Under the pieces are notes generated by a model. That model searched no databases and was not told where the DNA came from. It saw nothing but the letters and a program-made list of their open reading frames with translations. DNA of 63,903 bases, filler included, from Licmophora abbreviata (lineage: Eukaryota): assembly GCA_900291995.1 (NCBI GenBank). It is 12 parts of 12 records of this genome, joined end to end, with 100 filler letters (N's around TTAATTAATTAA, not from the genome) between each part and the next. Parts side by side here need not be neighbours in the genome. Positions count along the whole stretch, not along the records: positions 1 to 12,069 come from OLMU01004446.1; 11 more parts are not named here. The stretch is one strand, 5' to 3'. This document shows positions 1-10,985 of the stretch, piece by piece; position 1 is the stretch's first letter; each line of letters starts with the position of its first letter. A program made the translations under genes and the position numbers.

Positions 1-2848
1 TACTTCCCTTGAACAGGATGACGTCGCCGAGGAGAAAGTACAACCCCAGCCTCCGGCAACCAAGCAAGCATCAGCGTCTGCAATTGATGTGGACGTCGAC
101 CTCTCACAGGACAAGGACACTCCACCCGCGCAGCCGCAGCCCATTTCTGATGAGAACAAGTTGACACTGGAAAACTATTCGTCGCTTCGTTCCAAGTATA
201 CACGACGGGTGGCGGAGCTTATGGAACGTGGACGGCAAGGAATCGAGGAAGAAAACTTTGCTGAACTTAATTCTCCTGCCAAAGCCGCGACGTCTGTGGA
301 CGTAGGCTCTACAGAGGACTTTCCCGACGAAGCATTGCCAAGTTTGTTGATCCTTGTGCAAGAAAGGTACGTCGCACAATCAGTTTTGCGTGCCCGTTTA
401 GCTGCGATCGTTTACTCATGTCGCCGAATCTCTACTCTCTTACTACAGCCACCTTCCTCTCTCGGAGCTTTGCGCCACTGCCCTAACTCAGCTCGAAAGC
501 ATCTTTCCGAGCGGCAAGTTCTCTTCCGAATCAGTTGCCTCGAAGATCAAAATCGTGGCGACGAGAGAGTCGTACATTGCGCATCCCGAAGTCGCCTTGG
601 GCGAACAGCAAACGAATGCTGCGGTAAATGTCTTTGAGGACACGAGCGCGGATCGCATGTGGCGATGGGAAGTGACGTCGTTGGAGCTCCTACCTGAAGC
701 AGTCATCCCTTTGGTGAAAAAGGCACGAGCCGCACGTCGCAAAATTCGTGCTCATTTTAGGGCCTTGTGCAAGCTGCTGGGGTCGCTTCACGATGCGGAC
801 AAGCTACTGCGCGATGCAACGACTGCTACGAACAAATTGGACACGGTCACGGCCAAGATTAGCAACGAAGAGGAGAAGGTACTCAAATATGAACGGGAGG
901 AGGAGAAGCTTCGCCTAGCGGAAGAGGCCAGGAAAATGAAGGAAGTAGTCAAGAAGCAGAAGGAGCTGGAAAAACAAAAGGAGAGGGAGCTCAAACAACG
1001 AGAAAAGGAGGAAGCACTGGAACAGAAGAAAAAATTGCAAGAGCAGAAAAAGAAGGAGGCACAGGAAAAGAAGCTCGAGGCCCAGCGCAAGAAGGAAGAA
1101 GAATCACAAAAGAAGGCGGACAAGGCAGCGAAGGAGCTGCAAGAGAATGAAGAGGCCCTCAACAAGCAGCGGTCAACCTTGATGAAATTCTTTGCCTCGG
1201 GCAAGTCGACGACGCCCCCGAAGAAAACTCCTGAGCCCGTGAACTCTCTGGAAGTCGTCGCGGCATCGACAGTCGTCGAGACTGACAGGTTCTGGAGCAA
1301 GGTGAATGCGGGCGATCGAGATAACGCTTCACCTCTATTTGGCAGTCTTTCGGATCTTGCTGTTGCCTCGCGGAAGCGACGATCACGTCATGTCCCTGTG
1401 TTAGTCTACGTGACAGTATCCACTGACGAGAACCCGTTCAACGCCCCGGCATATGCTGAGCCACAGACCGTTTATGTCTCCAACAAATACAGGTTCTTGA
1501 GTTTCGTTGAGGATTGTCGTCCAGCATATCATGGCACGTGGAGCAAGAAGAGTACCGTGGTTACGGGCGCCAAGCCTTTTAGTCAAGATACGGAGTTTCT
1601 GGACTATGAGGTTGACAGTGAAGCCGAATGGGAAGAGGGCGACGATGAAATCGGCGAGGACTTGGAAAACGACGCGGATGACGATGATGACGGCGAAGAG
1701 GAGGCACGTGATAGTCGTGCATACGACTTCCAGGATGGATGGATGGCCGCAGATGACGATCTAGGCGACGAAGGTGAAGAACTTGACGACGAAACTAAGG
1801 CGCTACGCAAGAGGAAAATGCAATCGTCGGACGCTGACGGCGAGAAGCAACCTGTCGTTGAGCAAGTCGCCATTCGTGTCGTTGCTCCTATGGTGGGAGG
1901 CGTTCCCTTCTCCGACTCCCAGGCGGAGGGAGTCGGTTGCATCGACGGTGTCGATGGAATGCAAGCGCAGGATATGTTGTCGGCTCACCGCGCACACACC
2001 TTGGAATCTGAGGACCTCTGTGTAGATGCTTTCCCACCCGCTCTTCTCGAAGAAAATGCGGCGCCACCACAGAAGACAGACTCTGGTAACAATGGGCAAG
2101 AGATGTCTCGTGACAACCTCAAGGTCTTTGTTGAGTTTGTCCACCACTGCACCTTTCCATCTAAGGACCGCATTGTCGAGGAACTGCGCGTGACACATAA
2201 GAATGTGACTTCGAGCCGAGCTCAGGCTACTCGAAAGCTCGACTCCATAGCGGTCAAGCGACGCAATCCCGTCGGGGGTGTCATTTGGGACGTGAAACGC
2301 GAGATTCTCGAAAATCTAGAAATGGATGAATTGCTGGTAAGTGCGTGAGAACTGTCAACAAAGTAGTAGTGTTTGCAACTCTCACCGTTGCGAATCGACA
2401 TCATCGGCAGAAAATGCAACTTCCAGAAGAACCGAAAAAGATCGTCGCCAAGAAGAAAAGCCCATCTGAATCCGTCTCGGCAACGAAAAAGACAACACCA
2501 AAGACGGACGCCACCAAGCCTAGCAACCGCAGCTCTTCGTCCAAGAAGAACCAAAGTGGATTAAAACGCAAAAAGGAGTCGAGTGTGGCAACTAAAAAGA
2601 AGACACAAAAGCTGGATCCAGTCAAGGCGAACAGTCAAAGTGGATTGAAACGCAAGACCGGCTCGAGTTCGGCAGCAGAAAAGACGGCACCGAAGTCGGA
2701 TACCGACAAGACGAACAACCGTAGCTCTTCCTCGAAGACGAGCCAAAGTGGATTGAAACGAAAGAGCGACCCAGGCGTGTCAGAGGCGTCTGTAAAGCTT
2801 TTTGCGGGCTTCCTCCAGAAGCGCCCCAAGAAGCAACGGGACTCCTGA
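1..2848 (+). CDS. CHAF1A: Chromatin assembly factor 1 subunit A (p150/Cac1/FAS1-like), 5'-truncated by the window edge; exons <1-366, 449-2336, 2411-2848
   Basis: K/E/R coiled coil, PIP-box-like QRSTLMKFF, CAF-1A motifs RPAYHGTWSK and LDYEVDSEAEWEE, acidic ED tract, C-terminal winged-helix-like segment. GT-AG introns at 367-448 and 2337-2410 join the ORF pieces in frame. Confidence 0.9.
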
Positions 2849-3148
2849 AGTAAATAACGCAAACTTTAGGTACCGTACACTACCAGTCAAAGAATAAGGA
2901 GCGAATCTATGTGCTTCCAACCTGTCAATGAGACAAGCTAATCATCATACTGGTGCTTGTAGTAGTTTCAAGATCGTTCTCTGTTACAGATAGCTTTTTC
3001 AGTTACGAGCTTATGCCGCTTCCTCCATGCAGAAGACCTATGTGGTCTTCTTCGTTGGTTTGTGCTTCTTGTCGCGTCACGCTTCACTCATTGTCGGAAT
3101 GCGTGTAGGGATAGTGTTGTCTTTCGTTTGCTGCAATTCCAGTACCAA

Positions 3149-4201
3149 TCATTGCATCTGATCCGTATCACTTGTTTCCTCCCCAAGCGTCGGTAGCTCG
3201 TCCATGGAATCGTATTCATCTAGTGCTTCCCGAATGTTCTTGACCGCCACCTCATCCCCCCGCTCCATGGCAATGCGCAAGGCACCCGTCAATTTGTGAA
3301 TTTCGAACCCTCGTGCAATGTTGGACTGCACGCGTTCCGACGACTGCCGCAAGTTGTCAACCGTCGTGTACATGGGAAACCTGTCTCGTACAGCTTCTTC
3401 TGAGTCTAGATATCGAATGCTTGTTTCTTCGCTCGGCGAGGAGAGTAGAGTCAAGGGTGCCCGGTACCTCAATGCCAAGGCCAGACACAGAAAAGCACAC
3501 GAGGTGTCCGGATCGTACGTGTAACTGACTTCTTCCAAGAGAATTGGCGAAAATGAAAAGGGCCCAGTTTTCGGTCCAGTGCACTCTAGAATGAATGAAT
3601 CCTCTACAAGCTGCACTTGATCCAAAGTCACTTTTGGCAGTCGCAAACGAGATCTTTGCCATTTGTTCGTGTCGGCGTAGCTCGCAATATCCTCGGGCAG
3701 TTCCACCAAATCCGTAATTTCGCTCACGTCATTCTCTTCTGCATACAGGACGGCCGGTTGCGAAAGGACTTCCGGTGGAAGAATCGGCGTGGCCATGTCG
3801 ACGCCGTTCAGGAGCTGAATGAGTGTCAGAGATTCCGCGGACTGTGCCGCCGCGGCATCCTGAGGATCCGATGTGATCTGAATAGGCCAGTATCCCTCCT
3901 GAGGGACCTGCAGAACAACCCAAAAGCCGTCCGGTGACACGGAGACTCCCACAATGCGTAAGCGACGAATTGGCGGAGCCGAAGGCTGTCGACCGGAAGG
4001 ATCGGCATCGGGCGACGACGAGCTGGCCAAATTCGGATCTCGTCGAATGTAGGGCTGATTTTTCGAGACGGTTCTTCGAGGAAGCGAAATCCAAGCTCTC
4101 GACGTAGACACTAGACACAAAAAACATGCTAGAAGTAGCCTTGTAATTCTGGAACCCGTCCAGTCGAACGGCAGAGTGGACATCCTCATCGTCGTTGCCA
4201 T
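3149..4201 (-). CDS. Probably plastid-targeted protein with a bifunctional-nuclease (DUF151/BFN)-like domain and C-terminal UVR-like helical hairpin
   Basis: Signal peptide ending SRA-W, beta-rich IVGVSVSPDGFWVVL...WPIQI segment, LALALRYRAP motif, C-terminal KLTGALRIAMERGDEVAVKNIREAL. Confidence 0.55.
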   Translation of the reverse strand: MATTMRMSTLPFDWTGSRITRLLLACFLCLVSTSRAWISLPRRTVSKNQPYIRRDPNLASSSSPDADPSGRQPSAPPIRRLRIVGVSVSPDGFWVVLQVPQEGYWPIQITSDPQDAAAAQSAESLTLIQLLNGVDMATPILPPEVLSQPAVLYAEENDVSEITDLVELPEDIASYADTNKWQRSRLRLPKVTLDQVQLVEDSFILECTGPKTGPFSFSPILLEEVSYTYDPDTSCAFLCLALALRYRAPLTLLSSPSEETSIRYLDSEEAVRDRFPMYTTVDNLRQSSERVQSNIARGFEIHKLTGALRIAMERGDEVAVKNIREALDEYDSMDELPTLGEETSDTDQMQ

Positions 4202-4510
4202 GGTGGTCACACCATTGCGCGGTCGACGGCGCTTACTATTTTGTGATCAGAATTCCACATTCCAAAAGTGAGATGTCTCGAGCTCCCTACGAGCTCTCAT
4301 TCGAGATCGAGTTCCCGCCTGTCATCACACCACATAACTGTTATATTTGCGCATGGATAAAACGAAATATTCTCTACACGAGCCAGAAGCTGAAAATTCT
4401 CGAAAGGCGCTTCCACAACTGACGATGATCCAGCAATGCTGGGTCCGTGGGCGACGTGGTGATACGTCTTCTTACTAATCAATCTTTGCTGCAGTAAGTG
4501 TACCATCACG

Positions 4511-6259
4511 ATGTCTACCATACAAGGCGTCCTGTCGTCGGTGGAGGAACGCATGGACGCGCCCTGCGGTTCTGAAACGTTCCAAGAAGAGCGAGTTGGT
4601 GGCGGTGCTTCGCGCAAAAATCGGAAAAACGTCATGGCGCAAGCCGGTCGGAGCAAGTCTGGAATCTGGGGACCATCGCATTCGGTCGACTCGGAGGACA
4701 GTAGCAATCACATTAGGATGAAGCATAGTACACTGGACAATGGGAACGACCGAACCGCGTCTACAAAGGAAGAATCGGGCAGTCTGTCGACACCGTCTCC
4801 GACACGCCCGGCGGACTCTCTTCGAGTGCAAAAGAGTGCTCTTGACAGACTGTATGAGTCTGCGGCCGCTGCTGTCAATGTCATTAGTCCCTCGACTCCG
4901 TCACAGCAGGATCCAGGTATACCGCGGGAGGTTGGGGGAGAACAGGAAGAAGCGAGCAAGGAGCTGTTCCCTTTCATCAATACGGACGTTGTGAGACAAC
5001 AGACGGAAGCATGGGCTCTCATGTTTCAGGACGCCTGCCGACAGTGCACTCCTGACGAAAGAACCTACCGGAATAACATTGTATCATCTCCCGAACCAGC
5101 CGTTCAAGCCAGTCGCTCTCAAGAGACTGGATTGGGAATCTCTCGCATGGTGCCTCCGGGACACGAACAACAGACTTCTCCGCTGGCGAAACTCTTCAGC
5201 AGCGCGACGCGCCAGCGATCCACTGAATCGTCCGGAACACCGGCATCGCGACGTCGGCAACGACATGTGGAAAAGCAGCAACGACTGAAACCCTCGGCGC
5301 CTCTCCCTCTTGACACACTGGAGGTCGAACAGGATGAGTTGGTCTTGGAACGTACCATTAGCGAACTCACCATGAAGAGCTCCTATGGGGAGGCGACGGC
5401 GAAACTGTCTGATACTCGTCGGATGGCATACTATGCAGTGGGAAAGCATCACAAGAATGCTTCGTCCAAGCGAGTCGGCAATCGGCGGTGCTACTTTACG
5501 GGCAAGCTCATTTTGGGAGGATCGCCCTTTTATGCTGGCAGCGTGCAGCAGGGCTTGCGCACGCTGGTGGTGTTTTGTCTGCCGAGCGCGCTGGGACTTC
5601 CCGAGGGAGTGGATGCGCAAATGTCGGACATGAAACGAGCCACGAGTGCAAACTCAATGGCAACTTCCAAGAGTGGAAAGAGTCAGTCGTCGGGAATCGT
5701 GGCGCTCCCCAGACTGCTCAAGAAGGAGCTCAGTTTACGTCGCAGGCATACTAGCAGCGCAGAAAGTACCATGAACTCGATGTCTAGAATTTCATCCTCG
5801 GACGATACTGGTATGAGCTATGAAGAAGACTACGACCCCAACTGGAACCTGGACCGTGACTACTTGCTACGTGTACTTCCACCGCCAAGCCAGAAGCTGC
5901 TGAATTCCATGGCAGACATGTACCCCGAGCAGTACCAAACCCTACCAGTTCAAGTGCGGTCTCCCAATTGTTGGAGGCTTTTCGTAAAGTTCTGCTTCTT
6001 TTCTGGTCTTCCGATAGCAGAAGGCGAGATGCACTACAAAGTAAGAGACGAAGTTGTGAACGAAGCATATGACGGAGAAGAAGTCACACTGAGCCACGAA
6101 GTATTGGAGGCTGTCAATGGAGACAGCGCCGAAATATTGAGACTGCCCAACAAGAAAACCTTCAAGTACTTGCGAAAGCATTACACGCAGCAATGCGGCA
6201 AACTTACGGAAGCCGTCTTTCGACGAGAGAGCTGGGAGGTCGCTCTACCGGAGATTTGA
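4511..6259 (+). CDS. Hypothetical protein, 582 aa; disordered N-terminus and globular-looking C-terminal half
   Basis: Long ATG-initiated ORF with high-complexity blocks (RRMAYYAVG, RRCYFTGKLI, FYAGSVQQGLRTLVVFCLP, KFCFFSGLPIAEGEMHY). Confidence 0.8.
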   Translation: MSTIQGVLSSVEERMDAPCGSETFQEERVGGGASRKNRKNVMAQAGRSKSGIWGPSHSVDSEDSSNHIRMKHSTLDNGNDRTASTKEESGSLSTPSPTRPADSLRVQKSALDRLYESAAAAVNVISPSTPSQQDPGIPREVGGEQEEASKELFPFINTDVVRQQTEAWALMFQDACRQCTPDERTYRNNIVSSPEPAVQASRSQETGLGISRMVPPGHEQQTSPLAKLFSSATRQRSTESSGTPASRRRQRHVEKQQRLKPSAPLPLDTLEVEQDELVLERTISELTMKSSYGEATAKLSDTRRMAYYAVGKHHKNASSKRVGNRRCYFTGKLILGGSPFYAGSVQQGLRTLVVFCLPSALGLPEGVDAQMSDMKRATSANSMATSKSGKSQSSGIVALPRLLKKELSLRRRHTSSAESTMNSMSRISSSDDTGMSYEEDYDPNWNLDRDYLLRVLPPPSQKLLNSMADMYPEQYQTLPVQVRSPNCWRLFVKFCFFSGLPIAEGEMHYKVRDEVVNEAYDGEEVTLSHEVLEAVNGDSAEILRLPNKKTFKYLRKHYTQQCGKLTEAVFRRESWEVALPEI

Positions 6260-6556
6260 TTTGTTGTTGTTGTTGTCGTCGCCATGGCGCTAATTGTAGT
6301 ACAGTGTTTGATTCGATTTCATGTAGGTGCTGTCGTTTGCTTGTCGAGGCCGCGCTGTCACGCAAGAACGACAAGTGAAAAGCTGCACAACTCGCTGTGG
6401 AAATAAAGAACACAGAGTATGAAGCAGCTCTACCAGGTAACGTAACGGAGTTAAGTTGCTCTAGAGCTACCAGGGCTGCTTTTTGACTTTTCGAGACACA
6501 TCCCACAGACAATTATCATACTGTAGCACAACGTAGGCCCAACGCCGACGTTCACC

Positions 6557-9500
6557 TTATACACTTTGGTCGTCAACAGATTCAGAAGGCGGTTCTGTCT
6601 TCGAGGCTTTCTTCTTCAAGTCACCTCGCTCCTCCGCACTTCGCAGAGCCGATAAACTTCGAGCGATCGCCCAATCTGCGGCATCACTCGCTGCCATATC
6701 TGTTGGGAAGAGAACATAGTACAATCGCTTTTAGTCGTGACATCGAAACGATAGTGCACCCGGCATTTCACAAATACACGTACCTGTTGAACCTTCCGTT
6801 TTACTTTGCTCGGCAATTGCCATCCATATTTCTGCTTGAGCAAGGGCATCATGTTCCTCCTTGAGTGCCTTGTCCTTATCAAGGCTGGCATAGCTGTCCG
6901 TATCACTAACTTTCGGAGCGGCTGCCTTTCTTCCTGGAGTTTGCTGGGAAGAAGCCTCGGTCAATGACTCTGCGTCGGCCTTGCTGAAACGACTCGCTGC
7001 GGTAACGACACCAGTCCAATCACCACGGTCGATCATTTCATCGAGCTCCTTCGCTCGCTCGGCATTTACGCCAGATGAGGCCAGTCTTCTTGCTTCTGCC
7101 AGGCGCTCATCGTCTTCCACAAGATTGCTCATCTCGCCAGAATTTTCGGTCGTCTGGCTAGCGTCACCCATCATAGCAGCAGCTTCACCAACAGCCTCCC
7201 AGTCTCCAGCTTCGATTGCCAGCTCAAGCGCAGTCCTCCGCCGCTTGCCACCACCGGAGGGCCGAGACGAGCTCTGTGACGTAGACAACGATGGCGAGGA
7301 GGCAGAGCCTGGGGAGGAGCCACTTCCGCTTCCATGCGAAGCCTCATCTCTCTTCTTGGAGCCTGCTGTTAAGCCAGCCGCTACACCAAGAGCAGCTGCA
7401 ACTCCAGCGCTAACACCAGCGGCGGCAGCTGGGCTGAGACCAACCTCTTCGGTAGCTGGAACCGCAGCTGCTGCAGCCGCTGAAGCGGCAGCAGGAGGAC
7501 CTGCTCCTTGCCTCGCAGAAAGTCGCGCTTCACGTTTGGCGGTCTTCTGTCCAGCGACACGTGCCTTTTGTGCCACAGCTCGCTCCTGCATAGTTCTCAG
7601 GGTCTCCACAAGCTCTTCTTCGCGGCCCTTGAACTGTGTCATCATCTCATCAACATTGTCAATCTCCTCAGGGACGACTCGTCGAACAAGGCTTTCGACC
7701 TCGGCCCGAATCTCTGCTCGCTTCTGAATCTTACTTTGGCTTTCACTTGTTTCACTAGCAGAGAATGCCGACGAGCCAGGCCCCGTACTTGATCTGGATC
7801 CTGATTGAGACTTGCTGCTCCCACCAGAGCGCGACGCGTCCTCTTCTGCGGCCTCGAACTTGGCGGCAGCGAGCACAACGCCTTCCCAGTCGCCGGCGTC
7901 CACAAGGTGATCTAGCTCCGCAGCTCTTGCAGCATCAACCGACGAAACGTTAGATCCTCCAGTCGACGACCCAGTGTTTGATCGACGGCTGCGAGAGGAC
8001 TGCGACTGCGAGTCCGAGCCAGCGGCGAGAAGGGCGGCAGTGGCGCCCACTGCAGCCCAATCGCCTGCTTCAATTGCTGCATCAAGATCGTCACGCGAAA
8101 CGGTTGGGAGGCCAGGAGGTTCACCCTCGCCACTGAGACGTAAGAAAAACAGACACAGACAAGTGGCATGAGTCAGAAGGGGGCACAAAGGCGAAACAAT
8201 TGGTGACGAGCACGAACTTACGGCTTTCCCTTGCCATCACGCGACATGGCACTGGCAACACCAATAGCTGCCAAAGTTGCACCGCCGGCAACTGCGACGC
8301 CAGCTCCACCACTACTGCCTCCATAGTCGAGCGACTCATCGGCACTACCCGTGTTGAGGCTAGACACGCCGGCACTTGATGACCATCCGCTAGACCCAGC
8401 ATTCGAGGAAGATTCTGCGCTTTCGACTCCAACCTCGCGTTCGCCTTCATCGAGCGTGTCAAAAGCTTGCACTGAGCTCTTTTTGCTCCTCTTCCCGTAA
8501 TCGGCCTCCGAAGCACCCAGCTGGGACGCCGCTGCGGCAGAGGCTCCACGGCCAGTGCTTTCCTGAGAGGCTAGAGCTTGCTGACTTGCAAAAGGATCTT
8601 CCTTCTCGTTTCCACGGCGGCGCATGACAAAGAGGCCAGCTGCCGCGAGTACACCAACAACTGCTGCAACGGCGATTCCCGCGGTTGCACCACTGCTCAG
8701 CCCACCATCATCGCCAACAGGCGTGGGGGAAGGCGTGGCTTGGCCCATGTCACTTCCTTGAACGGTCACTCGGGTGTTTGCATCCAACGATACCAGTGCA
8801 TCTTGAAGGCGCCCCTGGTTGATGGCTTTCTCTAGCTCGGCCACGTACAAATCACTGGTCGCGTCCTCATCTTCGTCCGTGGCAAGTGAGATGGATGCCG
8901 TCACGTCGTGGCAGCTAGTTGTATCAGGCAGTTGGTCGGAGCACTCTGATAAGCAAGGTGCAGAAGAGACACAATAGTTAGGAAGACTGAGCGTTTTATC
9001 GCAGTTCGAGAATTTACAGTTGGTACTCACCCTGGTCAATAAACCCCGTCACCGTTGTCGGCAGCGAAACCTTCACCACAAGTCTCCGCCGTATGCGGCT
9101 ACCATTCGGAAATGTCTCGCCTGCCACCTCTACAGCCAAACTGTCCATGGCTTCCTCGAGGAGGGCGGTTTCATTGGCCATCAAGGGGGTTGCTATGCCG
9201 TCTCCAACACTAATCAAGTACGACGTTGACACAGGCACCAATGGGATGCCGGAGGGGGCGATGCTTGGAGACTCTGTGGGAGGAGGTACGGGTGTCGGCT
9301 CTGCGGTGCTCGGTGAAAGGCTTGGTTCCGACGTTGTCGGCGCAATAGTCGGCGACCCGGGCCCAGGGCTGGGACGGTCCGACGGCGATGAACTTGGTGC
9401 AGCTGTCGGTACTTCGGAGGGAGGTGTAGAAGTAGGAGCGTCCGTGGGTGTCTCTGACGGAGCAAAGGTGGGTGCATCTGTAGGGTTGACAGTGGGGCCT

Positions 9501-10038
9501 GCTGAGGGTGTTTCCGTGGGTAGTCCGGTCGGAGAGAACGTTGGGGATTCCGTGGGCTCTGGAGACGGCGCAAACGTTGGCGCAAACGAGGGTGGTATTG
9601 AAGCATTGGCTTGTTCCACAGCGCGAGAAGTCGTTTGGCACACCGTGAAGAGATACGCCGCTTGTTCGTCCGTCGGAGTCTCGTCCGGGCCTGTCCCTAG
9701 GTTCGAGATGTGAGCGTTCTCTCCAACACAGCATCCATTTCCTTCTGCAACCTGGCAAAGACAGGCCAAGGATCGGAACGTAGCTCGAAGCAGGGGAGGC
9801 AGATCGTTGAAGTCGTCTGCGGGCGGGCCTGCATAACCAAAGCCTTCCGCCACAAATATGAACTCGTCGGCAACAATCCGTCGATCGCCGTCTTTATCAG
9901 CGTCAAAAAGAATTGGGTAACATTGTTCTGGGTCGACAAATGGGCCAACTTGCAGCGGTGACGAAGGAAACTGGTCCGCTTTCACCAGGCCAGCGCTAGC
10001 ATTCCCGGAATCAACAGCAGCCATACCAGCCGCATCAT
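6557..10038 (-). CDS. Type-I membrane protein: signal peptide, Cys-rich/EF-hand-like domain, P/S/T-rich linker, TM helix, cytosolic GDW repeats. Exons ~10038-9031, 8945-8222, 8132-6784, 6699-6557; apparent 1-nt frameshift near 9988
   Basis: GT-AG introns at 9030-8946, 8221-8133 and 6783-6700 join the ORF pieces in frame. DADKDGDRRI EF-like loop, TM helix GIAVAAVVGVLAAAGLFVM followed by RRR, stop at 6557-6559. Confidence 0.8.
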
Positions 10039-10985
10039 TGTCGGGGATAAAATAAGGTCTTCCAGACACTTTAAGTAGACTTGATTCGACTGAGAGACAC
10101 AAAGATAAAATGGATTGAACTCCGGAAAACCTGAGATTGTTCAACTTCTCCAAATTCGGAACGGAGACTCTGCAATTCAATGCAGAATCAATCAGGTTTC
10201 ACTCGGTCGCTTTGAGACTTCAATAGGTCGTTTCTGTGACCTAAACACGACCAATGCAGCTAAAAATGATCGCTGATACCGTCGCGGTCGCAATATGGAC
10301 AACAAAAGCAATGGTGGTCCCGCGTTGCAGGGGCTCTTGCACTTTTACACTCCACAAATTTGAGAGAAACACGCGCCCTTTTTGCGGTGGACGATTGCAC
10401 CGTTTTACGTACGATTGGTAACAGTTTCCGTTGAAGCATACTCAGCATACTCAGGTTTGAATGATATAGAATTTTCTGATTGAAGCAATAATGATACTCA
10501 TGGCTTAGTACTGGTAAATCTTGCCACACGAGCTCTGTCTCCATATGGCGCACCTCGCAGACGGGACTGGTACGTCTTCACACGACTTACAAGTTTGAAG
10601 CCTCATCGGCGCGGGTGTGAGCACGATCGATCGTTCATTGATTGCACCGGCGCGTTTAGAAGTTGCAAATCAAATGGTGTACTGGTACAACACTCTAGCT
10701 CGTAGTGAAGCACAACAGGCGTAGCTAAGTGCTTGGATGGAATGAACCTAGCCGACGAGGTCATCGTATCGGAAGCAGCTAGGGGGGGTCTCTCTACTAG
10801 CTAGTAATCCCATCTTCCTTAACTATGATACGGTTACCCGTTGCACGGCGTAGATCCGCGTTCAGCAAGCGCTCCTTGTATAGAAAGGTAGATTCTAGGC
10901 ATGCGTTAACGGGACAAGCTAGTAGGACACATTTCTAAACACACAACGGTAGTAGACAGACAAGCTAAGCCCGCTGTCGCCACTA

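Noticed and set aside
6981..9713. Long antisense ORFs (6981-7727, 9093-9713; likewise 788-1300, 31928-32770, 50887-51477, 63058-63606)
   Set aside because: Shadow frames of well-supported genes with biased codon content; no independent motifs.
10560..10985. CTAG/TAG-rich intergenic stretch as a possible MITE or transposon remnant
   Set aside because: No terminal inverted repeats, target-site duplication or second copy could be identified.
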